Source of the DNA: Alphaproteobacteria bacterium
GTDB lineage: Bacteria > Pseudomonadota > Alphaproteobacteria > SP197
Length of the DNA: 64,000 nucleotides
Direction of reading: 5' to 3'
Assembly: GCA_964291265.2 (NCBI GenBank)
Contig: OZ219747.1
Location: 1,856,001 to 1,920,000 of the forward strand
Under the pieces are notes generated by a model. It saw only the letters and a list, made by a program, of their open reading frames with translations. It had not been told where the DNA came from and did not search any database. A program made the translations under genes and the position numbers. Position 1 is the stretch's first letter. Every line of letters starts with the position of its first letter. This document shows, in pieces, positions 42,744 through 52,897 of this stretch.

Positions 42744-44083
42744 CGATGGATCTCGTCATCAAGGGAGATCTCGTGACGCCGGCGGGGGTGGTGGAGAACG
42801 GTTGGGCCGGTGTCGTCGACGGAGTGATCGCCGCCACCGGTTCGAACGAGCCCCCCCCTGCCCGGCAGGTTGTGGATCATACGGGGAAACTGGTGTTTCC
42901 CGGGGTCGTGGACGGCCAGACCCATGCCGGTTCGATTGCCGGATTCGACGGACTCGGGGATCTGACCAGGAGCGCTGCGGCAGGTGGCGTGACGACGATC
43001 GTCGACATGCCCTTCGACGAGCCCGATCCGGTATGGAGTCGCGATCTGCTCGACGCCAAGATTGCCACGGCCAACCGCGTGGCCCATGTCGACGTGGCGC
43101 TCTACGGTTCCGTGAAGAAGGTGGTCGAGACTGCCGAGATCGCACGCCTCGCCGAGGGCGGCGCGTGCGCATTCAAGATGTCGACCTATGAATCCAGTCC
43201 TCACCGGTTTCCCCGGATTCCCCACGACCAGATGGCGCGCGCTTTCGCGGCCATTGCCGACACCGGCCTCACGGTGGCGGTCCACAACGAAGACCAGGAG
43301 GTGGTCGATCACGCCATCAGCGTGTTCCGTGACGAGCAGCGCCGGGATGCCGGTTGCCATCATCCGAGCCGCCCGCCACTCGCGGAACTCCTCGCCAACG
43401 CCGTCATCCTGGAACTCGGGGCCGCGACCGGGGCCCGGGCCCATATCGTCCACTCCTCTCTGGCCCGGGGGTTTGACATGGCGCGCCTCTACAGGGATCA
43501 GGGCTACCAGGCGACGGCGGAGACCTGCATCCACTATCTGGCGTTCACCGAGGCGGACGTGCTCGCCATGGGCGCCAGGGGCAAGGTCAACCCGCCCATC
43601 AGGCCCGACGAGAAGGAGGCCATCTGGATGCGCTTGGCGGCAGGCGACGCCTCCTTTGTTTCCTCCGATCACTGTTCATGGCCCCTCGAACGCAAGTCCG
43701 ATGACGACATCTTTGCCGCGGCGCCAGGCGCCCCCGGGATCGAGTGCCTCCTTGTCGTCATGCTGAGCGAGGCGGAAAAGCGTGGCCACGGTCCCGGCCT
43801 TGTCGCCGCCATGCTGTGCGAGGGGCCGGCGCGGCACTTCGGCCTGTGGCCGGCAAAGGGCGCCATCCGCGAGAGGGCCGATGCCGACCTTGCCGTCATC
43901 GAACGCGGCCGTCACCGCCATGATGACGCCACGCTCCACTGCGAGCTGGCTCCCTGGACGCCCTATCACGGCATGGAGCTTTCCGGACGGGTCTGCGAGG
44001 TCTGGTTGCGCGGCCACAGGGTCTTCGATGGCCGGAACGTCCTTTCCCGTCCCGGAGACGGCAGGTTCGTCAGACCGGTCTGA
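42740..44083 (+). CDS. Cyclic amidohydrolase (allantoinase/hydantoinase/dihydroorotase family)
   Basis: PGVVDGQTH, GGVTTIVDMP, VHNED, KVNPPIR, SSDH. Confidence 0.85.
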   Translation: MTMDLVIKGDLVTPAGVVENGWAGVVDGVIAATGSNEPPPARQVVDHTGKLVFPGVVDGQTHAGSIAGFDGLGDLTRSAAAGGVTTIVDMPFDEPDPVWSRDLLDAKIATANRVAHVDVALYGSVKKVVETAEIARLAEGGACAFKMSTYESSPHRFPRIPHDQMARAFAAIADTGLTVAVHNEDQEVVDHAISVFRDEQRRDAGCHHPSRPPLAELLANAVILELGAATGARAHIVHSSLARGFDMARLYRDQGYQATAETCIHYLAFTEADVLAMGARGKVNPPIRPDEKEAIWMRLAAGDASFVSSDHCSWPLERKSDDDIFAAAPGAPGIECLLVVMLSEAEKRGHGPGLVAAMLCEGPARHFGLWPAKGAIRERADADLAVIERGRHRHDDATLHCELAPWTPYHGMELSGRVCEVWLRGHRVFDGRNVLSRPGDGRFVRPV

Positions 44084-44087
44084 AGTC

Positions 44088-44771
44088 ATGGCACGGCGCA
44101 TTCTCGTCATCAATCCCAACAGCAGCCGCGATGTCACCGTGGCGATGTCACAGGCTCTCGACCGCTTCCGTTTCGACGGTGGACCGGTCATCGACTGCAT
44201 CACCCTTGACGATGGTCCGCCCGGCGTCGAGACCGACCGCCATGTCGCCGAGGTCTCGGGCCTCGTCGTGGGCGTCATCGAGGATGAAGAAGCCGACGCC
44301 TACGTCATTGCCTGCTTCAGTGATCCGGGTCTCCATGCCGCCCGGGAGGTGCGTGCGCAACCGGTCTTCGGCATCGGCGGTTCAGCCTATGCGGCGGCCC
44401 TGGCGACAGGTGAGCGGTTCGGCATCATCTCGATCCTGCCGGTGGCCCTTCCCCGACACCGACGCCATGTCGCCTCCCTGGGGCTCTCCGGTCACCTGGC
44501 GGGCGATATCGCCATCGACCTTGCCGTGACGGATCTCTCCATGGAGGGCCTGGTTCTCGAACGCCTGGTCCGGGCCGGCCTGTCGCTCAAGGACGAGCAC
44601 GGCGCCGGCGTGGTCATCATGGGCTGTGCCGGCATGGCTCGCTACCACGCCCGTCTCGAGGCAAGGCTTGGCCTGCCGGTCATCGAGCCGACGCGGGCGG
44701 CGACGGCGCTGGCGCTCAACGCCCTTGCGACAACGGGATCCCGGATCCGGCAGGAAGGAGAAGGACCTTGA
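44088..44771 (+). CDS. Hydantoin racemase (Asp/Glu racemase family)
   Basis: ILVINPNSS, IACFSDPG, MGCAGM. Confidence 0.88.
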   Translation: MARRILVINPNSSRDVTVAMSQALDRFRFDGGPVIDCITLDDGPPGVETDRHVAEVSGLVVGVIEDEEADAYVIACFSDPGLHAAREVRAQPVFGIGGSAYAAALATGERFGIISILPVALPRHRRHVASLGLSGHLAGDIAIDLAVTDLSMEGLVLERLVRAGLSLKDEHGAGVVIMGCAGMARYHARLEARLGLPVIEPTRAATALALNALATTGSRIRQEGEGP

Positions 44772-45700
44772 GCACGCGAATCATGACAGTCGGCGGCGCC
44801 CAGATGGGACCGGTGCCACGTTCGGATCCTCGGTCGAGGACCGTGGCGCGCATGGTGGATCTCATGCGTCAGGCCCATGCGCGAGGGTGCCGTTTGGTGG
44901 TCTTTCCGGAGCTGGCGCTGACGACGTTCTTTCCGCGCTGGCTGATCGAGGACGAAGAGGAGCTGGCCGGGTTCTACGAGTCATCTATGCCGGGTCCCGA
45001 GACCCTGCCGCTCTTCGAGACGGCGGCGGAACTCGGAATCGGTTTCCACCTGGGCTATGCCGAAATCGCCGAGGATGGCCGCTTCAACACGGCGATCCTG
45101 GTGGATCCGGACGGCGGGATTGTCGCCAGGTACCGCAAGATTCACCTTCCGGGTCATGCGGAGAACGATTCCGCCCGCCAGTTCCAGCATCTGGAAAAGC
45201 GCTACTTCGATGTCGGCAATCTCGGCTTCAGGGTATGGGACACCATGGGCGGGCGGATCGGCATGCTGATCTGCAACGACCGGCGCTGGCCCGAGGCCTT
45301 CCGGGTCCTGGGCCTTCAGGGAGTCGAGCTGGTTCTCATCGGCTACAACACGCCGACACTCAATGGCCAGACCTTCGAGCCGCCACACCTTCGCATTCAT
45401 CACAATCTCCTGACCATGCAGGCCGGTGCCTACCAGAACGGCACCTGGGTGGTCGGCGTGGCGAAGGCCGGCCTCGAGGACGGTGTTCACATGATGGGCT
45501 CGAGCGTCATTGTCACCCCCAACGGTGAAGTTGCCGCCCAGGCCAGCACTCTCGACGACGAACTGATCGTGGCCGACTGTGATCTCGACGCGGGCGCCTA
45601 CATCAAGGCCCATGTCTTCGATTTTGCCGCTCACCGCCGCACCGAACACTACCGTCTGATTGTCGAGACCACAGGAGTGGTGCCACCGCTGGGCACATAA
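44768..45700 (+). CDS. N-carbamoyl-D-amino acid amidohydrolase (nitrilase superfamily)
   Basis: FPELALTTFFPRW, YRKIHLPGH, ICNDRRWPE, GYNTP, QAGAYQN. Confidence 0.9.
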   Translation: MSTRIMTVGGAQMGPVPRSDPRSRTVARMVDLMRQAHARGCRLVVFPELALTTFFPRWLIEDEEELAGFYESSMPGPETLPLFETAAELGIGFHLGYAEIAEDGRFNTAILVDPDGGIVARYRKIHLPGHAENDSARQFQHLEKRYFDVGNLGFRVWDTMGGRIGMLICNDRRWPEAFRVLGLQGVELVLIGYNTPTLNGQTFEPPHLRIHHNLLTMQAGAYQNGTWVVGVAKAGLEDGVHMMGSSVIVTPNGEVAAQASTLDDELIVADCDLDAGAYIKAHVFDFAAHRRTEHYRLIVETTGVVPPLGT

Positions 45701-45800
45701 GGCAGCAGCCGATTCACCGGCACGTCTTCATGGATGGACCGGCTCCTCACATACGCACCGTCCGCGTGGCGCGGCTCGAGCGATCTCACGGTCTGCATCG

Positions 45801-45926
45801 GTAAGCGTTCGGTCATGGGGTGACGACGATGGACATGACAGTGACATCTGCGCACTGTCCCGGTTTTCGCTCAGCATTCTCTCAGACGCCATCATCCCCT
45901 TCATGAGCGCGTGATCGAACGCCTAT
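45801..45926. mobile_element. IS66-type MITE, copy 2 (diverged)
   Basis: GTAAGCGTTCGGTCA...GTGATCGAACGCCTAT; internal similarity to the other copies; supplies the rpn stop codon. Confidence 0.7.
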
Positions 45927-47086
45927 CCGTGCCTGGGCCTGGCGGCCAGCACATCATCAAGGCTTGGGGCAGCCAGCACTGCCTCCGCCCAGGCCTCCAG
46001 TTCGGCGGCCGACGCACTGCGGACCCGCTCGCGGACCGCATCCGGCACATCACCGAAGCGCAAGGACAGTTGACGAAGAAGAAGTTCCGCGAGGGCCTCG
46101 CTCCGGCCTCGCTCGATTCCCTTCTCGATTCCCTCGGCTCTTCCCCTCTCGATTCCCTCGGTTCTTCCCCTCTCGATTCCCTCGGCTCTCCCCCTCTCGA
46201 TTCCCTCGGTTCTTCCCCTCTCGATTCCCTTCTCAAGTCCCTCGGCTCTTCCCTGTTCGACCCAGGCTTGTGCGATCGTGCCCATCAGCACCTCCCAATG
46301 GTCCGGTTTCGTCCGGCGCAAAGACGCCTCCAGCAGAGGCAGCGTCAGACCCTTTTGCTCGGTCATATAGCGCACAATATGGCGCTCGAAGTCGCTCCCT
46401 GCAAGCAGCCCGTCCATGATCACGTCGAGAAGATCGGGCGGCACCTCCTCGGCAAAGGCAAACCTGAGCGCCAGAAGAGCGGACCGCACCTCGGGTGAGG
46501 TCGACGGCCGGTCCGGCGCCATCACCCCGAGGTCGTGCACCACATAGGCGAACTCCCTGACGAACGACTCCAGCCCCTCGGTCAGCTCGTCGGGCACGTC
46601 GATCATGTCCGGCACCGAGCGCTCCGCCGTCCAGCGGCCCCGGCCATGGTAGAAGACCAGCGGGATGATCACCGGCAGCCTTATCCTGCCGCTCTTGCTC
46701 TTGCTCCGCTCGCTCTTGCTCCGCTCGATCTCGCGCCGCCAGATGTTGACCATGTATCCCAGGAGCTGGAGCGGCGTCGCGGCGTCGACCTGGCTCTTGT
46801 GTTCGAGCAGCACGTAGAGGCGCGCATCTTTGCCGTCCTTCAATCTCACCCGGAACAGCGCATCGCATTGGCTGGTACGGGCAGCCTCGTCGACGAAACT
46901 GCCCTTGACCGCCTCGAGCGGCGCCTTGAGATCGAGGAGGTGAGCCACCTTCGGCGGCAGGTAGTCGGTGAGCAGCGAAGCGGCGCGGGACGGCTCGGAG
47001 ACCAGATCCCGGAACAGCGCATCGTGCCGGTTCGCCGGAAATCTCCTGCGAGAGGCTCCCGGCGTCTCAACGGGCATCGCGCTCAC
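45923..47086 (-). CDS. Rpn (YhgA-like) PD-(D/E)XK recombination-promoting nuclease with C-terminal DUF4351-like tail
   Basis: HDALFRDL, CDALFRV, LLEHKS, LPVIIPLVFYHG, EGxExG repeats, LSLRFGDVP. Confidence 0.9.
   Translation of the reverse strand: MSAMPVETPGASRRRFPANRHDALFRDLVSEPSRAASLLTDYLPPKVAHLLDLKAPLEAVKGSFVDEAARTSQCDALFRVRLKDGKDARLYVLLEHKSQVDAATPLQLLGYMVNIWRREIERSKSERSKSKSGRIRLPVIIPLVFYHGRGRWTAERSVPDMIDVPDELTEGLESFVREFAYVVHDLGVMAPDRPSTSPEVRSALLALRFAFAEEVPPDLLDVIMDGLLAGSDFERHIVRYMTEQKGLTLPLLEASLRRTKPDHWEVLMGTIAQAWVEQGRAEGLEKGIERGRTEGIERGRAEGIERGRTEGIERGRAEGIEKGIERGRSEALAELLLRQLSLRFGDVPDAVRERVRSASAAELEAWAEAVLAAPSLDDVLAARPRHG
46105..46256 (-). repeat. 12/24-bp coding tandem repeats (EGIERGRA/T)n in rpn
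   Basis: Repeated CTCGATTCCCTCGG(C/T)TCTTCCCCT units. Confidence 0.9.
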
Positions 47087-48589
47087 GGGCTGGAAGAGGG
47101 CTGGTGTTCGTCATGGCGGCACCCTACGCCGAACAGCACCAAGGCAGCAATCGTGGCGCCCAAGGCCTTCCCACGCTGGAATTCGCTTGATTTCACTTGA
47201 CGTCAGGCGTTCGTATGTTGCACGCGCGCGGACATTTCCCGCTGGCCATCCCGCTTGGGATGTGCGACGGTCCGGTCATGTCGATTCGCAAGCGCATGGA
47301 AGCTGTCCCGATCCATCAGGAAGCACCTGAGGGTTTTTCCCTGTCTGAGGTTGAGGTTCGCCTGACGAGGCCGGAGGAGCGTCCGCTCCTGGACGCGCTG
47401 ATGAACGAGCACCACTATCTCGGCTTCCGTCGCCTGGCGGGTCGCGGTCTGCGCTACCTTGCGACCTTCAGGGGCCATTGGCTGGGGCTGGCGGCGTGGC
47501 AGAACGGCGCCTTCAAGTGCGCTCCCCGCGACCAGTGGACCGGCTGGAAGCCGGAGCAGCAGTTCCAGCGGCTCTCGATGGTAGCCAACAACACGCGGTT
47601 CTTGATCCTCTCCAAGCCCGGGGTGTTTGCGAACCTTGCTTCCTGTTTCCTTGCGTGCATGACGCGCCGGCTCTGTGACGATTGGCTGCAGGTGCACGGC
47701 CACGGGGTGCTGCTGGCGGAGACGTTCTGCGATCCGGAGATCTTTGCCGGCACGATGTTGAAGGCTGCGGGCTGGACGTGTCTGGGTGAGACCAAGGGGT
47801 TTGCCCGCTCCAACGGGCGCTATACCGATCCCCACGGCAAGCCCAAGGATATCTACGTTACGGCACTGAGGCGCGATGCCCGGGCGCTGCTGTCGAGCCC
47901 GCTGCCGCTTCCCCCCGACGTGGCGCCGCCCTCATGCCCCGAACTGGCGCCCCGGGACCCCAAGGTGCTGCGCTCGCTCTACGCCGAGCTCGCGGCCATT
48001 CCCGACTTCCGCCGGGCGCAGGGAAGGAAGCATACCGCGGCATCGGTGCTCACCGTGCACGTGCTCGCCGAGTTCGCCAACATGAAGGGCTGTGTCGCCG
48101 CCGCGCAGTTCGCGCGGTCCCTGTCCCAGGAGGAGTTGGAGGCCATCGGCGCGTGGCTTAACCCGAAGACGGGGCTTCGCGAGCCCGTCTCCAAGTCCAC
48201 CATCCACCGGGTTATCCAGTCGATCGACCCCGAGGCTCTGGAGGATGTGCTCACCCGCTGGTCCCGGCCTCGGCTTCACCTCGCCCGTGCACTCGCCGCC
48301 GACGGCAAGCGCATCCGCGGCGCCAACCGCAACGGCGATGGCCGTCTGAGAGACCGTGGCCCTTGTCGACCATGAGACCGGCGCGCCCTTTTCCCTCCTG
48401 AACTTCAACGACGAAGGCGGCGAACTGGCGGCCATGCACGATCTCCTGGAGCGCAGCGACATCGGCGGCAAGGTGATCACCCTCGACGCGCTGCATACGA
48501 CACGCCATACCGCGAAGCTGATGTTGATGGCTGCATAGAACGGCGGGATTTCGGCGATTTGCCGCGCTTTGTCAGGGTCGTGTTTCTTC

Positions 48590-48681
48590 CCTGTTGTCAG
48601 GTCCTATTGTCACGTCCTGTTGTCGTGGTTTGAGTGTTCGGCTGGTTGTCTCCCCGAGCGCCGCCGTCTTTTCCTATTGTC
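48590..48681 (+). repeat. CCT(G/A)TTGTC direct repeats in the IS21 left end
   Basis: Copies at 48590, 48603, 48616 (13-bp period) and 48673. Confidence 0.75.
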
Positions 48682-48999
48682 GTTTTGGTCCGGTTCGGGT
48701 TCCGTCGACCTCTGCTTCGGTCTTGGTGACGGTTGCCGGGAGGGTTCCGGTTCCGAGGCACTCGCGGGATTGTTTGTCTTCCCTGTGGGCGGGTCGCGTT
48801 GTCCGGTCCCGGGGCGGCGTTTTTGCCGCCGCCCCGGGTGGATGCTAGATCGGCATCAAGAGAAAGAGCGATGCGATGCCGGGCGGAGTTGTGACGCCCC
48901 CCGGCGCAGCACCCGGACGAGCCGGTCACGGGGGACCGAACTCCCGTGTATTGTCGAGCCATTTTGCGTCCGGGTCCACCCCCGCTCTCGAGACGGATC

Positions 49000-49476
49000 G
49001 TGTGCACGACGGGACGACTGTTCAACTGCAAGCGGTGTCAGCGGCAGGTTGTTCTCTGCCGGTCGTGTGACCGGGGGCATGTGTATTGCTCCAAGGAGTG
49101 CAGGGAATCGTCCCGGATCGAGCGGCGCCGCGCGTCGCGTCGTCGCTACCAGAGCACGCTGAAGGGCCGTGAGACGGGCCGTCACCGCCAGCGGCGTTAT
49201 CGGCTCCGCAAGGCGGAGGAGGCGCGTGCGTTGAAGGCCAGGGCGGCGATGGTTGCCGAGATCATGGGCACGCAGACGTCTGCTGTGGTGCTGCTTGGCG
49301 ACGTTCCGGCGGTGTCTGGAGACGCCGGTTCTGAAGAAATCGTTACGGACCACCCTTCCCGACTGCTGCCGACCTCCCTACCTGCGGTTGTGAAGGCGCG
49401 AGAGCGGCGCGAATCGCCGCTTCGGTGCGCCCGGTGCGGACGGGTCGTGACGCATGTGGTGCTGAGGGACCTGTGA
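49000..49476 (+). CDS. Cys-rich, Arg-rich putative zinc-finger protein upstream of istA
   Basis: CKRC...CRSC...YCSKEC and C-terminal CARC; start uncertain. Confidence 0.7.
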   Translation: MCTTGRLFNCKRCQRQVVLCRSCDRGHVYCSKECRESSRIERRRASRRRYQSTLKGRETGRHRQRRYRLRKAEEARALKARAAMVAEIMGTQTSAVVLLGDVPAVSGDAGSEEIVTDHPSRLLPTSLPAVVKARERRESPLRCARCGRVVTHVVLRDL

Positions 49477-49508
49477 TGCGGCGTTGAGGAACCAAAGGGA
49501 GGGAGTTC

Positions 49509-51002
49509 ATGGCGATCGACGAGGACACGCGGGCGACGATCGTGCGGCTGTCGCGGGCCGAGGGCTGGGCTGTGGGGACGATTGCCCGGCATCTCGGCGT
49601 GCACCACGGCACGGTGACGCGGGCGCTCAAGGCGTCGGGGCAGGAGCGGCGGCCGCGGGCCAAGCTCATCGACCCCTTCGTTGCCTTCCTCGGGGAGCGT
49701 CTTGAGGCGTCGCCGGACCTTCCGGCCAGCACGCTCTGGCGACAGGTCGTGGCTCTGGGCTACCGCGGCGGCGAGGATCACTTCCGTCACGACCTGCGCC
49801 GCCTCGGGCTGAGGCCGGTGAAGAGGCCCGAGCCGTCGCTGCGGCTGAGCTTCCTTCCGGGCGAGCAGGCGCAGGTTGACTGGGCCGAGTTCGGGAAGGT
49901 CCGCATTGGCCGGGCGGAGCGCAGGCTCATGGGGCTTCTCGTCACCCTCAGCTACTCGCGCCAGACTGTCCTGAGCCTGTTCCACGACGCGCGGATGGCC
50001 AGCTTCCTGCAAGGCCATGTCGAGGCTTTCGCGGCATTCGGGGGTGTGCCGCGGAGGCTTCTGTACGACAACCTGAAGAGTGCCGTGGTGACGCGCCGCG
50101 GCAAGGCGGTCACCTATCATCCGATGCTGCTCGGCCTCGCGGCCCACTATGCCTTCGAACCGAGCGCCGCCTGGCCCAGGAGCCCGCAGGAGAAGGGCCG
50201 CGTGGAACGCCGTGTGCGCTTCGCGCGCACCGGGTTCTTCGCCGGGCGCGACATCACGGTCCCGCTCGGCGAGCTCAACGCCGCAGTTCGGGAGTGGTGC
50301 TTCGGCGCCGCCGCGGAGCGGCCCTGGCCGGACGACGACAGTCTCCTGGTGCGGGACGCCTTCGCCCGGGAGAGGGAGCACCTGATCGTCCTTCCCGCCG
50401 ATCCCTTCCCGCATCACGAGGTCCGCCCGGTGCGCATCGACAAGACCTGCCACGCCCGCTTCGACACCAACGACTACAGCGTTCCGGGTAGCTTCTCCAA
50501 GGCCCTGCTGACGCTGGTCGCCGACCGCGACGAGGTTCGCATCCTCGACGGCGCCGACGAGGTCGCGCGCCACCGACGCTCCTACGACAGGAAGCAGGCC
50601 GTCACCGATCCGGAGCATGCCAGGGCGATCGCCGCGGGCAAGCGGCGGGCCCGCTCCATGAGCGTCCGCGACCGGGTCCTGCGCACCGTGCCGCGGGCCG
50701 AGGAGATGCTGGCGCGCGCCGGGACCAACGGGCGCAACGTGGCCTCCTGCGCCCGGATGCTGGAGACGCTTCTCAACGCGCACGGCGCCGACGCTCTCGA
50801 CCGGGCTGTCGCCACGGCGCTGGAGCGCGGCTCGTGCCACCCCGAAACCGTGCGCGTCATCATCGAGGAGCGCCGCCGGGAGCAGGGCCTGCCGCCCCTC
50901 AGCATCGCCGACGACGGCCGCGGCGGCCGTGGCACGACGCCGCGGGGGACCGCTCTCGACGCCTACGACAGGCCCGAAGCCAGCGCCAGGAACAAGACAT
51001 GA
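49509..51002 (+). CDS. istA: IS21 family transposase
   Basis: N-terminal HTH, PGEQAQVDW, YDNLKS, KGRVER, NDYSVP. Confidence 0.93.
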   Translation: MAIDEDTRATIVRLSRAEGWAVGTIARHLGVHHGTVTRALKASGQERRPRAKLIDPFVAFLGERLEASPDLPASTLWRQVVALGYRGGEDHFRHDLRRLGLRPVKRPEPSLRLSFLPGEQAQVDWAEFGKVRIGRAERRLMGLLVTLSYSRQTVLSLFHDARMASFLQGHVEAFAAFGGVPRRLLYDNLKSAVVTRRGKAVTYHPMLLGLAAHYAFEPSAAWPRSPQEKGRVERRVRFARTGFFAGRDITVPLGELNAAVREWCFGAAAERPWPDDDSLLVRDAFAREREHLIVLPADPFPHHEVRPVRIDKTCHARFDTNDYSVPGSFSKALLTLVADRDEVRILDGADEVARHRRSYDRKQAVTDPEHARAIAAGKRRARSMSVRDRVLRTVPRAEEMLARAGTNGRNVASCARMLETLLNAHGADALDRAVATALERGSCHPETVRVIIEERRREQGLPPLSIADDGRGGRGTTPRGTALDAYDRPEASARNKT

Positions 51003-51700
51003 GCGAGCTCAGGGAGCGTGCCCGGGCGCTCGGCCTCCACGGGCTCGTCGAACGCTGGGACGAGGTCGCCGGGACCGCATGGATCGAGGAGGTGGTCAGC
51101 GGCGAGGAACAGGCCCGCAGGGCCCGCAGCCACGAGCGCCGCCGCGCCGCGGCGCGGCTGCCCGCCTTCAAGCCCCTGGCGGACTTCGACTGGACATGGC
51201 CGCGCGACATCAGCCGGGCTCATGTCGAAGCGCTCCTCGGCCTCGGCTTCGTCGACCGTGCGGACAACGCCGTGCTCGTCGGCGGGCAGGGCACCGGAAA
51301 GACCATGATCGCCGCCAACGTGGCTCACCAGGCCCTGCTGCACGGCCACACCGTCCGCTTCGAGAAGGCGCCGGAACTGCTCGAGGCACTCGCCGAGACC
51401 GTCTCGCGCAGCGAGCTGCGCCGCCGCCTCGCGATCCTCGCCAGGCCCCGCCTGCTCGTCCTCGACGAAATCGGCTACGTGACCCTCGAAAGCCACCATG
51501 CCGACATCCTCTACGCCATCGTCTCGCGGCGCTATCAGCGCCGCTCGACCATGGTCACGACAAGCCTCGCCTTCGCCCAGTGGGACCGCGTCTTCCCCAG
51601 CGCCTCCGGCATCGCCGGCACCGTCGACCGGCTCATGCACGACGCAACCCTCATCTCCATCGACAGCGACTCCTGGCGGCTCAGGCGTGAAACCCGATAA
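50999..51700 (+). CDS. istB: IS21 family AAA+ ATPase
   Basis: DFDW, GGQGTGKT, LLVLDEIGY, DRLMH, SWR; ATGA-coupled to istA. Confidence 0.93.
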   Translation: MSELRERARALGLHGLVERWDEVAGTAWIEEVVSGEEQARRARSHERRRAAARLPAFKPLADFDWTWPRDISRAHVEALLGLGFVDRADNAVLVGGQGTGKTMIAANVAHQALLHGHTVRFEKAPELLEALAETVSRSELRRRLAILARPRLLVLDEIGYVTLESHHADILYAIVSRRYQRRSTMVTTSLAFAQWDRVFPSASGIAGTVDRLMHDATLISIDSDSWRLRRETR

Positions 51701-52580
51701 ACCCCGCCGCGTCGACTTCGACGCCGTCAAGCGCATGCCGTTCGAACGCATCGCCGCCGACTGGGGATACGTCCGCGACGAACAGGCCTCGACACGCGCC
51801 AACCCCGTCCTGTGCGCACCCGGCCTGCCGAAGCTCGTCACGAAGTGCCTCAACAACGGACACTGGGTCTACTTCAACACCCAGAACGATGAAGACAACG
51901 GAACCGTCATCGACTTCATGCTCAACCGCGGACTGGCCTTCGCCGACATCTGCACCCGCTTCGCAGCACCCGACGCCGCGCCACGCGACTTCCGCAGCCT
52001 CTGGGCCGCGGCAACGCCCGATGCGGCCCCGGACTGGCTCACCGGGCGCGGCATCCTCCCGGAGACCCTCGACACCTGCCGCCCCCTGGTCCGCCGCGAC
52101 CACAACGGACGCGTCCTCTTCGCCCATCGCAACAGGAAGCGAAAGCTCACCGGCTTCGAGATCGGTCCCCCCGACGGACCGAAACGCTTCGCCACCGGTG
52201 GAACCCGAAGCCTGTTCGCCGTCCGCGCCGGAACCGCCGCGGACCTCGAGGCCCTCGTCATCACCGAAAGCGCCGTCGACGCCCTCAGCCTGGCCCAGAT
52301 CGACCAATGTCCCCCCAGCCACGCCTTCCTCTCCACCGCCGGGGCACCCTCGCGAAGACAGCACGAACAGATCAGCCTCGCCGCAAGCAGCCTGCCCAAC
52401 GTCAGGACCATCGTCCTCGCCCAGGACCACGACGAGGCCGGAGAGCGACAGGCCGAAACCCTGCGCAAAAAGATGAAGCTCCCCTCCCACGTCTCGTTCC
52501 ACAGACGCAGACCGCCGGAAAACGCCGACTGGAACGACGTCGTCAACGCCAGGACCAAAGAACCACAAGCGAGATCATGA
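51687..52580 (+). CDS. Toprim-domain primase-like protein (DUF3991/Toprim_2-like)
   Basis: GTG start overlaps the istB end; NGTVIDF, WLTGRGI, ITESAVDALS, AQDHDEAG, DWND. Confidence 0.82.
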   Translation: MKPDKPRRVDFDAVKRMPFERIAADWGYVRDEQASTRANPVLCAPGLPKLVTKCLNNGHWVYFNTQNDEDNGTVIDFMLNRGLAFADICTRFAAPDAAPRDFRSLWAAATPDAAPDWLTGRGILPETLDTCRPLVRRDHNGRVLFAHRNRKRKLTGFEIGPPDGPKRFATGGTRSLFAVRAGTAADLEALVITESAVDALSLAQIDQCPPSHAFLSTAGAPSRRQHEQISLAASSLPNVRTIVLAQDHDEAGERQAETLRKKMKLPSHVSFHRRRPPENADWNDVVNARTKEPQARS

Positions 52581-52606
52581 CCACGTCCGTCACAAGGAGA
52601 CCACTC

Positions 52607-52897
52607 ATGCCCCTCACGCCCGCCGAAAAGCAGCGGTGATACCGGGAACGGCGCAAGGCCGGCATCCCTCCCGTCCACACCCCAAAGCACCGTGACCGGC
52701 GCTCGCGACCGCAACGCTGGAACGACGCCGTGGCCGAACTGCGCTCCCTGCAGGACGAATGGCGTGACCACCTCGACAGCATCCCCGAAAGCCTCCGTGA
52801 CACGCCTTACGGAGAACGCCTGCAGAGCGTCGCCGATGCCGACATCGAGGCCCTCGAGGACATCGAACCGCCACGCGGCTACGGAAGGGATACGTGA
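52607..52897 (+). pseudogene. Small helical IS-associated protein with an in-frame TGA (52637)
   Basis: MPLTPAEKQR*YRERRK...QRWNDAVAEL...PPRGYGRDT. Confidence 0.65.

Noticed and set aside
46105-46256. Short repeats as a possible CRISPR array (also 54107-54298)
   Set aside because: They are contiguous coding tandem repeats with no unique spacers, and no cas genes are present.
47150-47210. Left IR and TSD of the ISAs1-type element
   Set aside because: CAAGGCC at 47161 only loosely mirrors the right end GGCCCTG and no exact TSD is visible, so the boundary was not called.
52637-52639. In-frame TGA as possible selenocysteine (selAB present); likewise TGA at 23590
   Set aside because: The contexts suggest CGA(Arg)->TGA and TGG(Trp)->TGA nonsense changes in decaying IS passengers; there is no Cys/redox motif or evident SECIS.
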